Positions 28,600-43,569 of a stretch of DNA of 64,000 bases are shown in pieces (the stretch's first letter is position 1; every line of letters begins with the position of its first letter). The translations under genes were made by a program, and so were the position numbers. Below the pieces are notes generated by a model that ran no database searches, was not told the origin of the DNA, and saw only the letters and a list, made by a program, of their open reading frames with translations. This DNA comes from Octopus vulgaris (lineage: Eukaryota), in the NCBI GenBank assembly GCA_951406725.2, contig OX597823.1, positions 22,010,001-22,074,000 of the forward strand, written 5' to 3'.

Positions 28600-29080
28600 T
28601 ATTTATTCTGTAAGACGTTTGAAGCTGATGCAGTTTTGCAAGTTTTCGAATATCTGGACTCATGGTTATTAGAACCAAGCAAAGATCATCTCTACTTTGA
28701 ATTTCTAAGTGATTGCGAGCTTTTGGTCGTAAGACAGGCACTCAGCTAAATCCTGACTCAACTAGATAAAGAGTAGGAAAGACAATGACAGGTAACCTTA
28801 TTTGCTGCCAAAGTAATAGGAATTTCGCAGCAATTTCGCAACTCGTCTACTAGTTACTGAGCCTGCGATTGAATTTATCTCGAGCAGTTTGATCACTCTG
28901 CATCTCAGTACGGTTTTATTGTAGTGTGATATTAACAGCATCTGTATTTGCCTCTGATACATCTCTGACCCAACTTGGAATATTCACTTCCAGGAAGTCT
29001 TTGAATCTAATTACTATAAGATTGAGGAATTTCTTTAAATGCTCGAACTGAACAAAAGGGCTAGAAAATGCATCAACTCC
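28600..29080 (-). mobile_element. hAT (Buster/Charlie-type) transposase C-terminal remnant
   Basis: VFPTLYLVESGFS*V..LRPKARNHLEIQSRDDL...PDIRKLAKLHQLQTSY, the hATC dimerisation-domain pattern. Confidence 0.8.
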
Positions 29081-29767
29081 TTACGCTTTGTATCAATCTG
29101 AATAAATAATTAATATGAATAGATAAATTTTTCCTCGGAAGCACTATTATTATTTTTGCCAATTAAAATATTTGTATTTTAACCTCGAAGCCGTTTGTTC
29201 TGCATATTTACCTTTACAAATATATTTAAAAGATAGAATATGTTACATTAGCTTGTTAGGATGTATTTCTTCTCTAAGAAGAAATAAATCATTTAGAAAC
29301 GTTGTATCACTGACTCAAAGTTCAACGAAGCGACCCAGGGAATAACCCTTAGGTATTTTTACCAGTTGCATGAACTTCAAAGCATCATCATAATAATTAA
29401 TTCATACGAGACTTTCCAATGCCAATTTGATACTATGTTTATTAATGATAAATCATTACCTAAGTGTCAAAGGAATCTATTATTTCTTTTTTCTGTTATG
29501 ACAGGAATAGATATAGAAGAGAATTCTCTGTATATGTGTATCTGTGTATGTTTTCGTGTGTAAATTTTCAATGGTTACGGACAGTAATAGAAAATTTGTG
29601 TGAGAAAGAGAGTGGCAGTTATGTGAGACACTTCACTGAGCCTGTGGCCTCTCTACCCTATTAACAAATTGCTCTGTGGTTCTAGGCGGGAAACACTACT
29701 CTAGGCATTAGTATATTGAGCATTCTCATAAACTCCCATATCTATATTAATTATATTTATATATATA

Positions 29768-30188
29768 GGCGCAGGAGTGGCTGAGTGGTAAGTAGCTTGC
29801 TTACCAACCACATGGTTCCAGATTCAGTTCCACTGCGTGGCACCTTGGGCAAGTGCCTCCTATGATAGCCTCGGACCGACCAAAGCCTTGTGAGTGGATT
29901 TGGTAGACGGAAACTGAAAGAAGCCCGTCGTATATATGTATATATATATATATATGTGTGTGCGTGTGTGTTTGTGTGTCTGTGTTTGTCCCCCTAGCAT
30001 TGCTTGACAACCGATGCTGGTGTGTTTATGTCCACGTAACTTAGCGGTTCGGCAAGAGAGACCGATAGAATAAGTACTGGGCTTACAAAGAATAAGTCCC
30101 GGGGTTGAGTTGCTCGACTAAAGGCGATGATCCAGCATGGCCGCAGTCAAATGACTGAAACAAGTAAAGGAGTAAAAGAGTAAAGAGT
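29768..30188 (+). mobile_element. SINE family B (tRNA head, CORE-like domain, internal TA/TG tract, CR1-derived tail), full length
   Basis: gtggctgagtggtaag A box, ggcaccttgggcaagtg CORE-like segment, and tail cagcatggccgcagtcaaatgactgaaacaagtaaa(agagta)n. Confidence 0.92.
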
Positions 30189-30273
30189 ATATATATATCC
30201 CCACAGATACAAACACGCCCCACACACTCATATATATACTGCTTGTTTCTCTAGAGACTGTCAGAATGATGTA

Positions 30274-30322
30274 GACGCCTCTGATGAGAACACAACAAGG
30301 TTCGAAAATCGATTAAGATTGT
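30274..30322 (+). ncRNA. Type I hammerhead motif with palindromic stem III
   Basis: CTGATGA-GAAC acaacaag GTTC-GAAA-ATCGAT-TA. The core is complete; stem I is weak. Confidence 0.7.
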
Positions 30323-30364
30323 TCATCAATTTTTCAGCCTGCAGAGAATTGGCTAAAATTTGAC

Positions 30365-30544
30365 CTCTCTTTTACTCTCTTTTACTTGTTTCAGTCATTT
30401 GACTGCGGCCATGCTGGAGCACCGCCTTTAGTCGAGCAAATCGACCCTGGGACTTATTCTTTGTATGCCCAGTACTTATTCTATCGGTCTCTTTTGCCGA
30501 ACCACTAAGGGGACAATGCTAGGGGGACAAACACAGACATAAAA

Positions 30545-30618
<74 letters not shown>

Positions 30619-30798
30619 GGCGGTGCATCAGCATGGCCGCAGCTCTGAGCTGAAACTAAAAAAAAATATATATATATATACATATACGACAGGCTTCTTT
30701 TAGTTTCCGTCTACCAAATCCACTCACAAGGCTTTGGTCGGCCCGGGGCTATAGAGGAAGACACTTGCTGAAGATGCCACGCAGTGGGACTGAACCCG
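30365..30798 (-). mobile_element. SINE family B with a short CR1 3'-tail insertion in its internal (TA)n
   Basis: Inverted relative to 29768-30188. The segment 30617-30668 (+ strand) matches the CR1 tail at 56417-56465. Confidence 0.88.
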
Positions 30799-31061
30799 AC
30801 ACACACATATGTATACACACACACATACACATATATGTGTGTGTATAATTACACAATTATATACGTATTATATACATATTTATATAATACGATAAACCTT
30901 GATCAAAATGAAAATCATAAATCGGCAAAAAATTGTAATTGTTTTTTACGTTGTAGAGTCATAACGAACCTGCGCATTATATATGCAAACGTTTTTCTTT
31001 TATTAAAAACAATTTCTGGGGTGGATTATACACAGGCATTACGTTATGTACACACATAACC

Positions 31062-31095
<34 letters not shown>

Positions 31096-31544
31096 GCACA
31101 CACACACACAAACACACACAGGTACACATATCATCGCTTAGACTTGCCTTATAGTCATGTATTGTGTGTGCGTGTGTGTGTGTTCGAATCCGTATCTGCG
31201 TTTTTGTGAACTAGAGTTTGAAAACCTGCTTTGTTTGAAATGCATTCTTTTATGTCCTGTGACCGAAACTAGTGAAGTATAATACATACTAACATACATA
31301 CATACCTTTTATACATACATATATACACACATACACACACTCGCATATATATTTATGCATGTATGTATGTATGCTTGCGTATGTGTGTGTATGCATGTAT
31401 GTGGTGTGTGTGCGTGCACGTATGCTTGCAATGTGACATTGCGCTTCACATGTCATGACAACATCTGAAAATGACTTTCAGGCTTCAGGACATTATATTG
31501 TGTGGCTTCAATGCCGACGGGATATCATTGTTTGGGAGAGTGCC

Positions 31545-31920
31545 GAGGGAGGCGGTAGTGGTAGTAGTGATAACGGTGGTGGTGGTGGTGGTAACGGTGG
31601 GCGTGGGAGTGGTAGTAGTAGGGGCAATGGTGCTAGTAGTGGTGTCTGAAGAGATTATAGTGAAGCTGGTGGTAGTGGTGGTGGTGGTGGACACTGGTCA
31701 TGTTGCTGCTAATACTGCCGAGGGTACCGCTTGTGGTTCTGCTGCTGGTGGTGATGGTCACGGTAGTGACGATAGTGGTTGTGGTGGTGGTGGTGGTGGT
31801 AGACACTGGTGCTGTTGCTGCTAATACTGCCGAGGGTACCGCTTGTGGTTCTGCTGCTGGTGGTGATGGTCACGGTAGTGACGGTAGTGGTTGTGGTGGT
31901 GGTGGTGGTGGTGGTAGCTG
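31545..31920. repeat. (GGT)n-rich tract with a ~112-bp tandem duplication
   Basis: gacactggt...gagggtaccgcttgtggttctgctgct... starts at 31690 and again at 31802. Confidence 0.9.
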
Positions 31921-32247
31921 TAATAAGTTAGTGCTATGGTTGTGGCCATAGTAACGAAAAGAACAATGGTATTAGTGTTAGGGGAGTTGTTGGTAACAGT
32001 GGAGGAGTAAGAGATGTTGATGATGATGGTGCTGCTGATGATGTAGTAGAGGTAGTTGCAGAGTCGTTGCTGTTAGTCATGTCTGCACAGACTCATGGAT
32101 GGCGACTGTAAAAATACAAGTGTGATAATGATAGTGTGGGTGTGTGGTAATGAAGATATCGGCTGCAGCTAATGTGGTGCTGATTTTCCCAAAGTGTTCA
32201 GGTCGGGTTGTGGTGTTGATTAATACGATGGTATTGGATATATGTTA

Positions 32248-32480
32248 AGGCGGCGAGCTGGCAGAATCGTTAGCACGCCGGGCGAAATGCTTTGCGGTAT
32301 TACGTCTGCCGCTACGTTCTGAGTTCAAATTCCGCCGAGGTCGACTTTGCCTTTCATCCTTTCGGGGTCGATAAATTAAGTACCAGTTACGCACTGGGGT
32401 TGATGTAATCGACTTAATCCGTTTGTCTGTCCTTGTTTGTCCCCTCTGTGCTTAGCCCCTTGTGGGTAATAAAGAAATAG
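32248..32480 (+). mobile_element. SINE family A, full-length young monomer
   Basis: Perfect TSD GTATTGGATATATGTT at 32231-32246 and 32481-32496. Confidence 0.95.
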
Positions 32481-33029
32481 GTATTGGATATATGTTGTGA
32501 TGGTGTCTTCCTCCTCTTTTCTTTACAGCAAGAATTTCTTCTGGACAGCAGTTCGGATCTCATGACTTTACTCTACATTTCAGACTCCAGCTTCTTTTCC
32601 CCTTACGCGGGTAAATAAAGCCTTTTAGAATCCCTATTTGTATATTTCCAACATATGTAAAAAAAAAAAAAGAAAAAACTAACAAAAAATCCGCATTCCG
32701 ATGTGTGAGTCTATGAGAGTACACAATAAACGAATGTCTAGAGCGGAGTCTCCCTGCCTAGGGATTTAGGAATATTCAGTGGGGCCATAGAAAAAATTGA
32801 CAATTGAAGGGGTAGTGTACAGACATAATGAAAAGGCCTACACAGCTACCACTTTGTTTTTCCCCAAATTTTCTATTGCTGTTTGTAACTCTTTAACATT
32901 TATGCGCAAAAGCTTACGTACACACATATACACACAATGCCTTTTCTCTCTTAAGTTCCGCCATGACAGAAAATAAAAAGAGGATTCCTTTGACATTTCG
33001 ATAATAATTTCATTATTGATGAATAAAGT

Positions 33030-33360
33030 ATCAAACAGAAGCCACGTGATGTTATTGAGTTCTTGCAGAAAGACTGGTGCAAGCTGGTCGGTATCTACAG
33101 TAGACTAAATGTTGTTTACGGAGGTGGTAACATTGACAAAGACAATGTACACAGATGAATGGATTTTAAAGAAGGGGAACCAGTATAAACCACTCAGTGG
33201 GAGACCATAAACTACGACCATTGGATGAATTATCAGCGAGAGAATGCATTCTGGTGGACAGACAAGTCACAATCTGTGAGCATACTGTTCAACTGGACTC
33301 TGGCCATACATTGCAAAAAAAAATTATGGAATATTTTGGGTATCGGAAGGTGTGTGCAAA
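33030..33360 (+). mobile_element. Mariner-type transposase N-terminal (HTH) remnant
   Basis: RDVIEFLQKD...IYSRLNVVYG...VHR*..FKEG...SGRP...LGYRKVCA. A small inverted sister fragment lies at about 36940-36995. Confidence 0.7.
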
Positions 33361-33590
33361 TCATTAAGAAGGAAAAGGCGAACAAGAAACTGAAAGACAT
33401 CAACATCATGACAATGTTTTACTATACAGGCGCAGGAGTGGCTGTGTGGTAAGTAGCTTGCTTCCCAACCACATGGTTCCGGGTTCAGTCCCACTGCGTG
33501 ACACTTTGGGTAAGTGTCTTCTACTATAGCATCGAGCCGACCAAAGCCTTGTGAGTGGATTTGGTAGACGGAAAATGAAAGAAGCCCGTC

Positions 33591-34517
<927 letters not shown>

Positions 34518-34936
34518 TATATGTCTGTGTGTCCGTGTTTGTCCCCCCAACATCGCTTGACAACCGATGCTGGTGTGCTTACGTCCCCGTAACTTAGCGG
34601 TTCGGTAAGAGAGACCGATAAAATAAGTACTTGGCTTGCAAAGAATAAGTCCTGGGGGCGATTTGCTTGACTAAAGGCGGTGCTCCAGCATGGCCACAGT
34701 CAAATGACTGAAACAAATAAAATAACAAAAGAATACATATCAGACAAACGGCAAACTGGACTGGTCTACTGTACAGTCTGGTCCTGGCGCCCTACTACTT
34801 CCACCTGTGCGGTCCAGTAGAGATAATATGCCTTTGGTCAGGGTCCGTCTCAGAAGTAAGCAACCACCATATCGAAGGCTAACCTCTTTGTTGGTTCATG
34901 GAGGTGAGCACTGTGGTGGATGGTAGTTGTATTAAT

Positions 34937-35352
34937 GGCGGCGAGCTGGCAGAAACGTTAGCACGCCGGGTGAAATGCTTAGCGGTATTTCGTCTGTTGT
35001 TACGTTCTGAGTTCAAGTTCCGCCGAGGTTGACTTTGCCTGTCATCCTTTCGGGGTCGATAAATTAGGTACCAGTTACGCACTGGGGTCGATATAATCGA
35101 CTTAATACCTATGTCTGTCCTTGTTTGTCCCTTCTATGTTTAGCCCCTTATGTGTAATAAAGAAATAGGTATTTCGTCTGCCGTTACGTTCTGAGTTCAA
35201 ATTCCGTCGAGGTCGACTTTGCCTTTCATCCTTTCGGGGTCGATAAATTAAGTACCAGTTACGTACTGGGATTGATGTATTCGACTTAATCCGTCTGTCT
35301 GTCCTTGTTTGTCTTCTCTGTGTTTAGCTCCTTGTGGGCAATAAAGAAATAG
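34937..35352 (+). mobile_element. SINE family A, dimer
   Basis: One head and two body units. TSD-like GGTAGTTGT(A/G)TTAAT at 34922-34936 and 35352-35366. Confidence 0.92.
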
Positions 35353-35869
35353 GTAGTTGTGTTAATGGTGTGTCGTAATTGTTTAGTAATAATAATTATT
35401 GTTGCTTGTTATCCCCTCTCTTTCTTCACCGATGAGACTTCACATTGTCCACCGATTCCGTTTTTATGTCAGATGCTACATTGTCCACAGATTCCGTTTG
35501 TATTCAAGGCAGATTTACCTGCAATTCCGTACTTAGAGAACTCATCGTTGAAATGTGGTAATGGTGAATGTTAAAGTGGTGAAGTTAATATGGTGTTGTT
35601 GATGTAGCAGTGGTGGTGTTGGTAGTTGTTACTAGAATGGTGTGGTCGTAGTACACTCGTATTGGTGATAGTGATGATGGCAATGTTGTTGAGGCAACGG
35701 TGGCTTGGCTGATGCTTGCGTGGGTGGTCCGATGTTGTGCTGTGTGAAGGCAGAGCGTATGCTAACGCGTCTGCTATAGTTGACAGGAATTACCATTGAT
35801 ATATTTATGATAATTTCAATAATGTTGAAGGAAATGCTAGTAGCTATAGTGACAAAGGTAGTTGTAATG

Positions 35870-36074
35870 GCGATGGTGATGATGATGATGATGATGATGA
35901 TGATGACAATGGTGACAATGATGGAGATGGTGGTCATGCTGATGGTAATAGTGGTGATAGGGATGATGGTGGTGGTGGTGATGATGATGATGATGATGAT
36001 GACAATGGTGACAATGATGGAGATGGTGGTCATGCTGATGGTAATAGTGGTGATAGGGATGATGGTGGTGGTGG

Positions 36075-36133
<59 letters not shown>

Positions 36134-36135
36134 TT
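35870..36135. repeat. (GAT)n tract with a 96-bp tandem duplication
   Basis: gacaatggtgacaatgatggagatgg... starts at 35905 and again at 36001. Confidence 0.92.
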
Positions 36136-36638
36136 GAAAATGATGTTGCTGTGGATTGTGTCGAAGGTGGTGATAGCGATGACGATAAGGAAGACGGCAA
36201 TAATGCCAGCGGTGATGGTGATGTCATCGAATTAAGATAATCATAAAAGTGATGATGATGGTAATTATAATGGCGATGTACTGGAATGTTCATCTATAAA
36301 TAAAGACTTGCTATATGGATTCATTATTTTTCCAGCCATAAGGTACAGACAAGAGAACGAGACATTCATATAAGTATAAATATGAAAAAATAAGAACATT
36401 TTTCAAATAAATCACTAAAGAAATAGGTAAATATTTAATATGTCGTATTTTCTAGTGTATAAATATTGCAACAAAGGTTTTTCCTTTTCATTCTTTTAGC
36501 TTTGCTCCGTTTTATAAGTCGCACCTCAAAACAGTGGGACTTTTATACGCGTGTAGATATGGTCGGCGGTAGCATTGAAGCATATCGACTAAATCCCTGA
36601 GACAGATGATATCTCTCACATGTATTGTCTTTATTTTA

Positions 36639-36921
36639 TCTTTATTTATAAAAGTGAAGTTGTGTGTCTGTCTCCTACGATTTAGATTCCTAACTACTCC
36701 CACATTTTGCGGTGCAGTGTAACCAAAAGTGGGTATCTTATAGTCGTGATTCATATCGAGCCCTTCTGGGTATTAGCGCGCGTCTACGATTAAAAAAAAA
36801 ATTACCATCATTTTTTCCATTTTTAATGCATTTTTTTGCTATTTTTTGGCTATAACTCTCTAAAAATGCTTATATAGTTATTTCCCTTACAAACCCGAGC
36901 AACGCCGGGCGATACTGCTAG
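36639..36921 (+). mobile_element. Non-autonomous Helitron (third copy)
   Basis: a|TC...cccgagcaacgccggg...CTAG|t. Confidence 0.85.
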
Positions 36922-37641
36922 TACACTATAAAACAGAAAACCTTGCACCAGTCTTTCTGCAAGAACTCAATGACAGAACGTGGCTTCTGCTTATAGGTGT
37001 AGGATTAATTGCAGAGTAAATTTCCTATCTCAGCGCGCCAAAGTGAAGGCATTTGAAAAATATACCCCAATATAATTTGTAGAACTTTATACATACTCGA
37101 TTTCGGTTGAGCGTTCTGTATCCTATTCTGGAAATTATGTTTTGTAAACGACAAACTATGCTGATGATCTTGCAGATATTCACGTGTTCATATACGTAAA
37201 TATTAACAACTGAAACCAATGGTACATAGGTAATCGTTTTTTTATTTCGTATATTTTGATTTGTCTTGTTGATTTTTACATTTTGTTTTTTGGTGAGATT
37301 TTTCTTGAGAACACATTATTCGTGGTTATGGCGATTTGACGTCTATGTTTAGCATAGAGGATGTTCACTTTAGTGGTCATTCCTCAAAATTTTATATATA
37401 TATATATATACACACACACACTTTAAACACAAGAGATGCTGTCTTTAACAGGCAATTTCTCTTGTGTTTAAATGTACACTATTTTATGTTGAGAATATAT
37501 TGTCTATTGACTTTTTATACATGCTAGGCCACTGGTTGTGAAATTTCTAAAAAAAAACTTACTACCCTATATATATGTATATATATATATGTATATATAT
37601 GTATATATATGTATATATATATATATATGTATATATATATA

Positions 37642-37794
37642 CTGTTGTGTCTGGGGAGAGTCATTCTCCCTTGGTTTCTTATAATTTAACACACTCACCG
37701 GTAAAATTTTCACATTTCTTTTCTATTTTTATAAAATTTTCGTTGCATCTTGCAACCTTTTCAATAGAATCTTGCAAACCAAATTCCAAAACGA
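37642..37794 (-). mobile_element. Compact Penelope-like pLTR remnant with a U3:A8 hammerhead motif (37733-37768)
   Basis: Reverse complement: TTGAAAA-g-GTTGC aagat GCAAC-GAAA-at-TT. Homologous to 44660-44770 and 45615-45800, and bounded by (TA)n. Confidence 0.75.
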
Positions 37795-37820
37795 TATATA
37801 TATATATATATATTATATAT

Positions 37821-37872
<52 letters not shown>

Positions 37873-38654
37873 TTATTATATATGTGCGTATATATGTATA
37901 AGTGTGTGCGTGTGTGTGTGTGACTGCGTATGTATAATAAATATATACATATGTCAAACGCACGGACACAAAAACGCTCATAAATAGGCGCAGGCTCGGC
38001 TGTCTTGTCAAGGATCACAAGGTTCTGAACAGGCTCCTGCGCACTTTGGGTAACTACTCCTTACTATAGCCACATACCACCAGACTATTTTCTTGTTAGA
38101 GAAATGGGTAGATGCAAGTTGTTACCCATCGTGTCGTATCATGTCATCAAATCATATCATATATAAGGCGGTTTAAAATGCTCAGCGGCATTTCGTCCGT
38201 CTTTACGTTCTGAATTCAAAATTCCGCCGAGGTCGACTTTGCCTTTCATCCTTTCAGGGTGAACATAGCCACCAGTCGAATACTGGGGTCGATGTAATCG
38301 ACTTGCCCCTCCCCTCAAAAATTGCATGTCCAGTGCCAAAATTTGAAAATGTTACACATACACACACACATTCACACACACATTCTTATATATGAAAATA
38401 GCAGAAATGGAACGAGAGGACTAAGAGACGGACATTTGAACAATAAGAGAGTATTACAACTGGCAAACAAAAATTCAAAAGATGGTGGATTGATCGACTG
38501 CAACCACATAAAGTTGTGCTCCAGCATAGGCGCTCTCCAGTGAGGGAAACAAGTAAAACAGAAAAGAGTGAAGAGTATACATACACGGTGAGTGTATATA
38601 CTCATGCACACAGACATACACACACGCACTTTTACATATTTAAAAATAATAATA

Positions 38655-38902
38655 AATGCGCCCTTTTAAAGCCTAGCCAGGCTCATGGGCCCGGTTTCCC
38701 GGTTTTAATGGCGTATGCGTTCCCAACTGGACGGGACGCCAGTCCATCGCAGCGTTACTCATTTTTGCCAGCTGAGTGGACTGGAGCAACATGAAATGAA
38801 GTGTTTTGCTCAAGAACACAATGCGTCGCCTGGTCCAGGAATCGAGACTACAATCTTACGATCATGATGATGACACCCTAACCACTAAGCCACGCGCCTC
38901 CA
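38655..38902 (-). mobile_element. tRNA-derived SINE family D (CORE-like body, gaaaccggg tail)
   Basis: Reverse-complement match to 54957-55207. Confidence 0.85.
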
Positions 38903-40509
38903 CTTTATATATTTACGCATACACATATCCTTGCACGCACGATTCTTATTGGTCAAGCGACCAGCTGAGAGATTATGTCCTGCTATAACAGTATTGTTAG
39001 TACTAACTTCCAAGTTTTCGTTTCATTGGTGCTGTGTTGGCAATGACTCGGTAGTCGGTTAATTGATGGGGTAACTTCTCGCGTCTATCTACATTCCTTC
39101 CAAGTATTTCTAGTACAATAGGTTCCGATCAAGAGAAATCGTTAAAATGATCTGGTGAGTACCAATTCTGGATCACCGCCTTCAAATGTTTTTATCGAAC
39201 AAATCGATGTAAATGCTTGTGTTTTTTTTAAGTCTGGTACTACCAGTCTCTTTTGTCGAACCGTTAAGTTACAGGGGCGTAAATAGACCAGAGACGGTTG
39301 TCAAGCGGGTGGATGTGGGTGAAAAAATACAGACACAAAGACGTACACAAAAGGACACATACGTACATACATACGACAGGATTCAGCACAGTTTCTATCT
39401 ATCACATTTACTCACAAGAAATAGGTTGGTCCGGGATTATAGCAGAAAGTACTTACCCAAGGTAGCGCGCAGTGACACATTGTTTTAAAGAAAGTTTCTT
39501 AACCGCGCAACCATGCCGGCAAAAAGAAAAAAACTCTTCAGATGCCGAATCTGCAACGCGGTTTCGAACTTAGGCAGAAGGTTTGTTTCACTTCGTTGAA
39601 CTTTTTTCAGCTAACTTACACTATGTAAGAATTCATGAATATCATAACCCTCCAAAGGAAATTCCAGATTTGCCCTGATTGAAAATAGCAGTCAAATCTT
39701 CAATTCTCACCTTACCGTCTTCATAAGGAGGGACACATTGAATACTTTAATCTGGGGAACATAATACCTGGAAACATACCGGATGGTCATGAATGGAATG
39801 TCTTTGAGCATAGGTTAGCATAATCAGGCTATGAAGTTGAAAAAATAAAAAAATAAAACATTAATGTCGCCATGTAATCGCCCTTCTTCATGACGTATTA
39901 AAAGAGGATGGAAAATAAATCAAAGATTTCACTTAGGAATACTTTGAAATATTTTACTATGAACTAAACGACCTTCGTAATTAGATCTCAGAAAGAATTT
40001 ATTTAATCAGTCAGAGAAAATATTCTTTCCATTCGCCTACATATTTTTAGGTAATTCTTGGCTTCTCAGAAAACTTCAGTTACACAACAGCTATAATTTA
40101 GACAATCGTCTAATAAAATTTTTCTAATAAAAATAATATGCATTTTACTGCGTATTAATAGAAATCGTCAATCGTTTTTATTTCCTTTAATCTACACACA
40201 GAGCAGTTGTGTTGATGGAGTCGGTAAAATAACAGCCAACAACAGGGATCAATAAAACTGATTATACTTTTTTCCGAAAATGTTTAGCATTGTGTCTAGC
40301 TTAGATATCCTTATCATTTAAGAAGAATTAGAGCAGTGGTTTGGCGAAATCATTGAAAAAAAATGTCTTGCGTTATTCATTCCGGCTTATTAGGTTCTAA
40401 GCTCAAATCCCGTCGAGGTCGGCTTTGCCTTTCATTTATCAGGGGTCGATACAACAAGGTACCAATCAGGTACTGGGATCGATGTAATTGTCTAACCCAC
40501 CTTCCACTG

Positions 40510-41251
40510 TTATTTATGACATCGTTCATGCGTTTGTACTGGTTTTAGGGTGAGGGTTTTAGGGTGAGGGTTTTAGGGTGAGGGTTTTAGGGTGAGGGTT
40601 TTAGGGTGAGGGTTTTAGGGTGAGGGTTTTAGGGTTAGGGTTTTAGAGTTAGGGTTAGGGTTAAGGCTTTAGGGTTAGGGTTTTAGGGTTAGGATTGGGG
40701 TTTTAGGGTTAGGGAGTTAGGATTAGGGTTTTAGAGTTAAGGTTAGGGTTAGGAATTTAGGGTTAAAGTTACGGAAAAAGTGAAAAATGAAGAAATTGGA
40801 GAGGGAGGAGGGGGTGGAGGGGTTAGCAAAAAAGTCTTTCCGAAAATAGTAGCTGAAAAACAGGAAAAAACCTAAAAGCAGTAGAAATGCCCGAACGATT
40901 AGGGTGGTGCCATGAAGTAAACATGCTTCAGATACTCTCGTTTATTCATACAAACGTAATTGAGATGAAATATGTCATAAATAACAGTGACAAACGAAAT
41001 ATACACCGCCGGAAGTTGTTGTTGACAAACAACAGCAGTAATTTTATTCAGCTGAATACACGTCATTGATTGGTTGAAATTACCGAAATACGACAACTTT
41101 AACACGAAATAACTTTGAAAATACAAACATTTCTTAACAACACTAAAAGTAAAAGATGTTTTATATGACACATTCTACCAGTGTCCGAAGTTTGAAAGTG
41201 TTTAGTTACCAAAAATTAATTTCTCGATCTGCCGTTCAAAAGGAAAAGATC
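40510..41251 (+). mobile_element. 5'-truncated member of the GGATC-ended DNA transposon family
   Basis: The 3' end ctgccgttcaaaaggaaaagatc and the subterminal cattctaccagt.t.cgaagtt block match 48865-49291. Confidence 0.75.
40541..40770 (+). repeat. Telomere-like array: about six 14-mers GGTTTTAGGGTGAG followed by degenerate TTAGGG
   Basis: Visible directly; lies inside a DNA transposon remnant that ends at 41251. Confidence 0.92.
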
Positions 41252-41647
41252 ATGTTATAATAACTGTTCCTAATTTAGACATAAGATCAGAAATTTTGAG
41301 GGGATGGGTTAGTTGACACCCTTGACCCTGGAACATAACTGCTATTTAATTTATCGACCGAAAAGTGATGGGAGAAAGTTGATTTTAAACCGAAGACTTT
41401 GCTTAGATACTTGCAACAGTGTGTACCTCGCTAAAGACATCGAAGGATAGGTGGAAATGTTAAACTGGGCGGCGTATTAAGTATAAGCCAGGTGCTAATA
41501 GCATCGATCACCCTGATAGGGAAGAGCTAAAAAGGTGATGAGCATCGGTTCTCCTCCTTATAGTATTATATGAGGGTGTATGTGTATATGTGTGTATTTT
41601 TTACGTGTATGTATGTATGTATCTCTCACTCTCTCTCTCTAGCTTTC

Positions 41648-41707
<60 letters not shown>

Positions 41708-42204
41708 GAAAGTGAGAGAGATAGAGAGGGAGAGCGGCTGATATATGAAGAGATAACGATAGATAGAGAGAAAGGTAGTGAGGTTGAGGTGACAGACAGG
41801 GTTGGAATGAAGGCGGGTATTTACTCTCGTCTGGATACGTCTTGATAACTTGTGTCGTCTAATCGAGATTAATTTGTATCACACATTCCATTCACTGCTG
41901 TTGAAATCACGTTTCTGTCAAGATTAATTGACACAAGATAGTCGCGGATAGCGCATTACCAACACTAACAGTATAGTATACGCCAAGAATATCAGAAGAT
42001 GAACACTAAATATTGGTTATTATTTATTTATGCTGTGTAGTAATTTGCATGCAACCCAGCAGCTGATAACAGGTTTCCAACGAGCTATTCACTGGTTGGC
42101 CACATTTTTCGGACGGCGAAATTGACAAGGAAACGTCTATAACTTACTGCAAAGGACGGCGTTCTCGCAAAATACTTTCGTTCGAAGAGCATCGTGTTTT
42201 CTTT

Positions 42205-42265
<61 letters not shown>

Positions 42266-42299
42266 GCATACACACACATACACACACACACATATATAT

Positions 42300-42562
42300 T
42301 GTTTATTTGTTGTTTGTTCCTTTCCGAGCCACGCCTGGCACATAGATTCAGTTTCCCGGTTTCTGTGGCGTATAGGTTCCCCACCTGGACGCGACGCCGG
42401 TCTGTCGCAGGTGAGCTGCAAGATGCAGGAGGGAAGGAATTTATGGCGAAAGAGTCATCAGAAGTTCGCCATTACCTTCTACAGGAGCCTCGTGGAGCTT
42501 AGGTGTTTCGCTTATAAACACGCACATTCGAAACCGCGATCCCTCGAGCGCGAGTCCGCTAC
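42300..42562 (-). mobile_element. SINE family C head with tail type 3
   Basis: The head and body are homologous to 59089-59220. The tail gccacagaaaccgggaaa...(AAC)n differs. Confidence 0.8.
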
Positions 42563-42608
42563 TCTAACCACTAGGCCATGTGCCTACACACACACACAAA
42601 CAAACACA

Positions 42609-42714
<106 letters not shown>

Positions 42715-42737
42715 AAACACACACACACGTATATGGT

Positions 42738-43110
42738 TGCTTTATTAACTACTAAGGGTTTACACAAAGACCGAGGACAGTACGGGTCGATATAATACAT
42801 AACGGTGTGTAAACAGTGAAACAAAACAACAGTACAAAAAATTCAAACTAACAATTTCTTCTAAAAGGGAGAGACTTTTAAGGGCTGTTCGTGGAAACCC
42901 CACCAAACCTCGGCCACGGTGTCCTTTTCTCATTCTTCTCTCTCAGTCTACTGTTGCACATTCAGAGCAGTCCAGCTCACTTGGACGATTCTTGCGACAT
43001 TCATCTGCCTTTCAACGAATTTTCTGCAATGCAGTTTCTCACCACCCTCACTTTCCTTTTCAAAAGTGGGCAGACACATATTATGATAGGCTAGAGAAGC
43101 TCAAACAAAC
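42738..43110 (-). mobile_element. Possible Tx1/L1-like LINE 3' fragment
   Basis: Minus strand KRKVRVVR...KFVER-like peptide, then a UTR ending in AATAAA. Weak. Confidence 0.35.
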
Positions 43111-43114
43111 AGAG

Positions 43115-43175
<61 letters not shown>

Positions 43176-43285
43176 TTTTGAACACATAAGACATACCCCA
43201 AAAATAGATAGAGCAGTTAAACTCCAAGCCACTAATTGTTATAATTCCGAAAGTGATTGGAAAATAAAAGCCTTTACCTTATTAT

Positions 43286-43372
43286 CCTAGACCCTGCAAG
43301 ATTTCTGAAGACTTAAATACAGATTGAAATAAAATAATTTCAATCTATATCTGGCGCTGCTTCTTCAGTAGG
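43286..43372 (-). ncRNA. Type I hammerhead motif with a long stem II hairpin
   Basis: Reverse complement: ccta-CTGAAGA-...agatatagattgaaat/atttcaatctgtattt...-GAAA-tcttgcaggg-TC-tagg. GUC cleavage site; the base of stem II is eroded. Confidence 0.72.
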
Positions 43373-43569
43373 TTGACAGGACCGAACATATAAATACAGA
43401 GCTATAAATAATCAGCCACGTGTCTATAGGCTCTAATTTTTCGAATCCACCGCGCAAATGCGGAACTCAACCGGCAGTAAATAAATAAATTGCCGATTTT
43501 ATTCCAAAATTAGCCAAAAACATTTTATCATTAATTAAAATCTTTTTCGATAAATATTCTTGCTACCCT

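Noticed and set aside
31455-31951. Gly-, Val- or Thr-rich ORFs; also the Met/Ile-rich ORFs at 35632-36293
   Set aside because: These are trinucleotide low-complexity DNA with local duplications and no splice or domain support.
40541-40770. True telomere or chromosome fusion site
   Set aside because: The array is short, degenerate, in a single orientation and embedded in a DNA transposon remnant.
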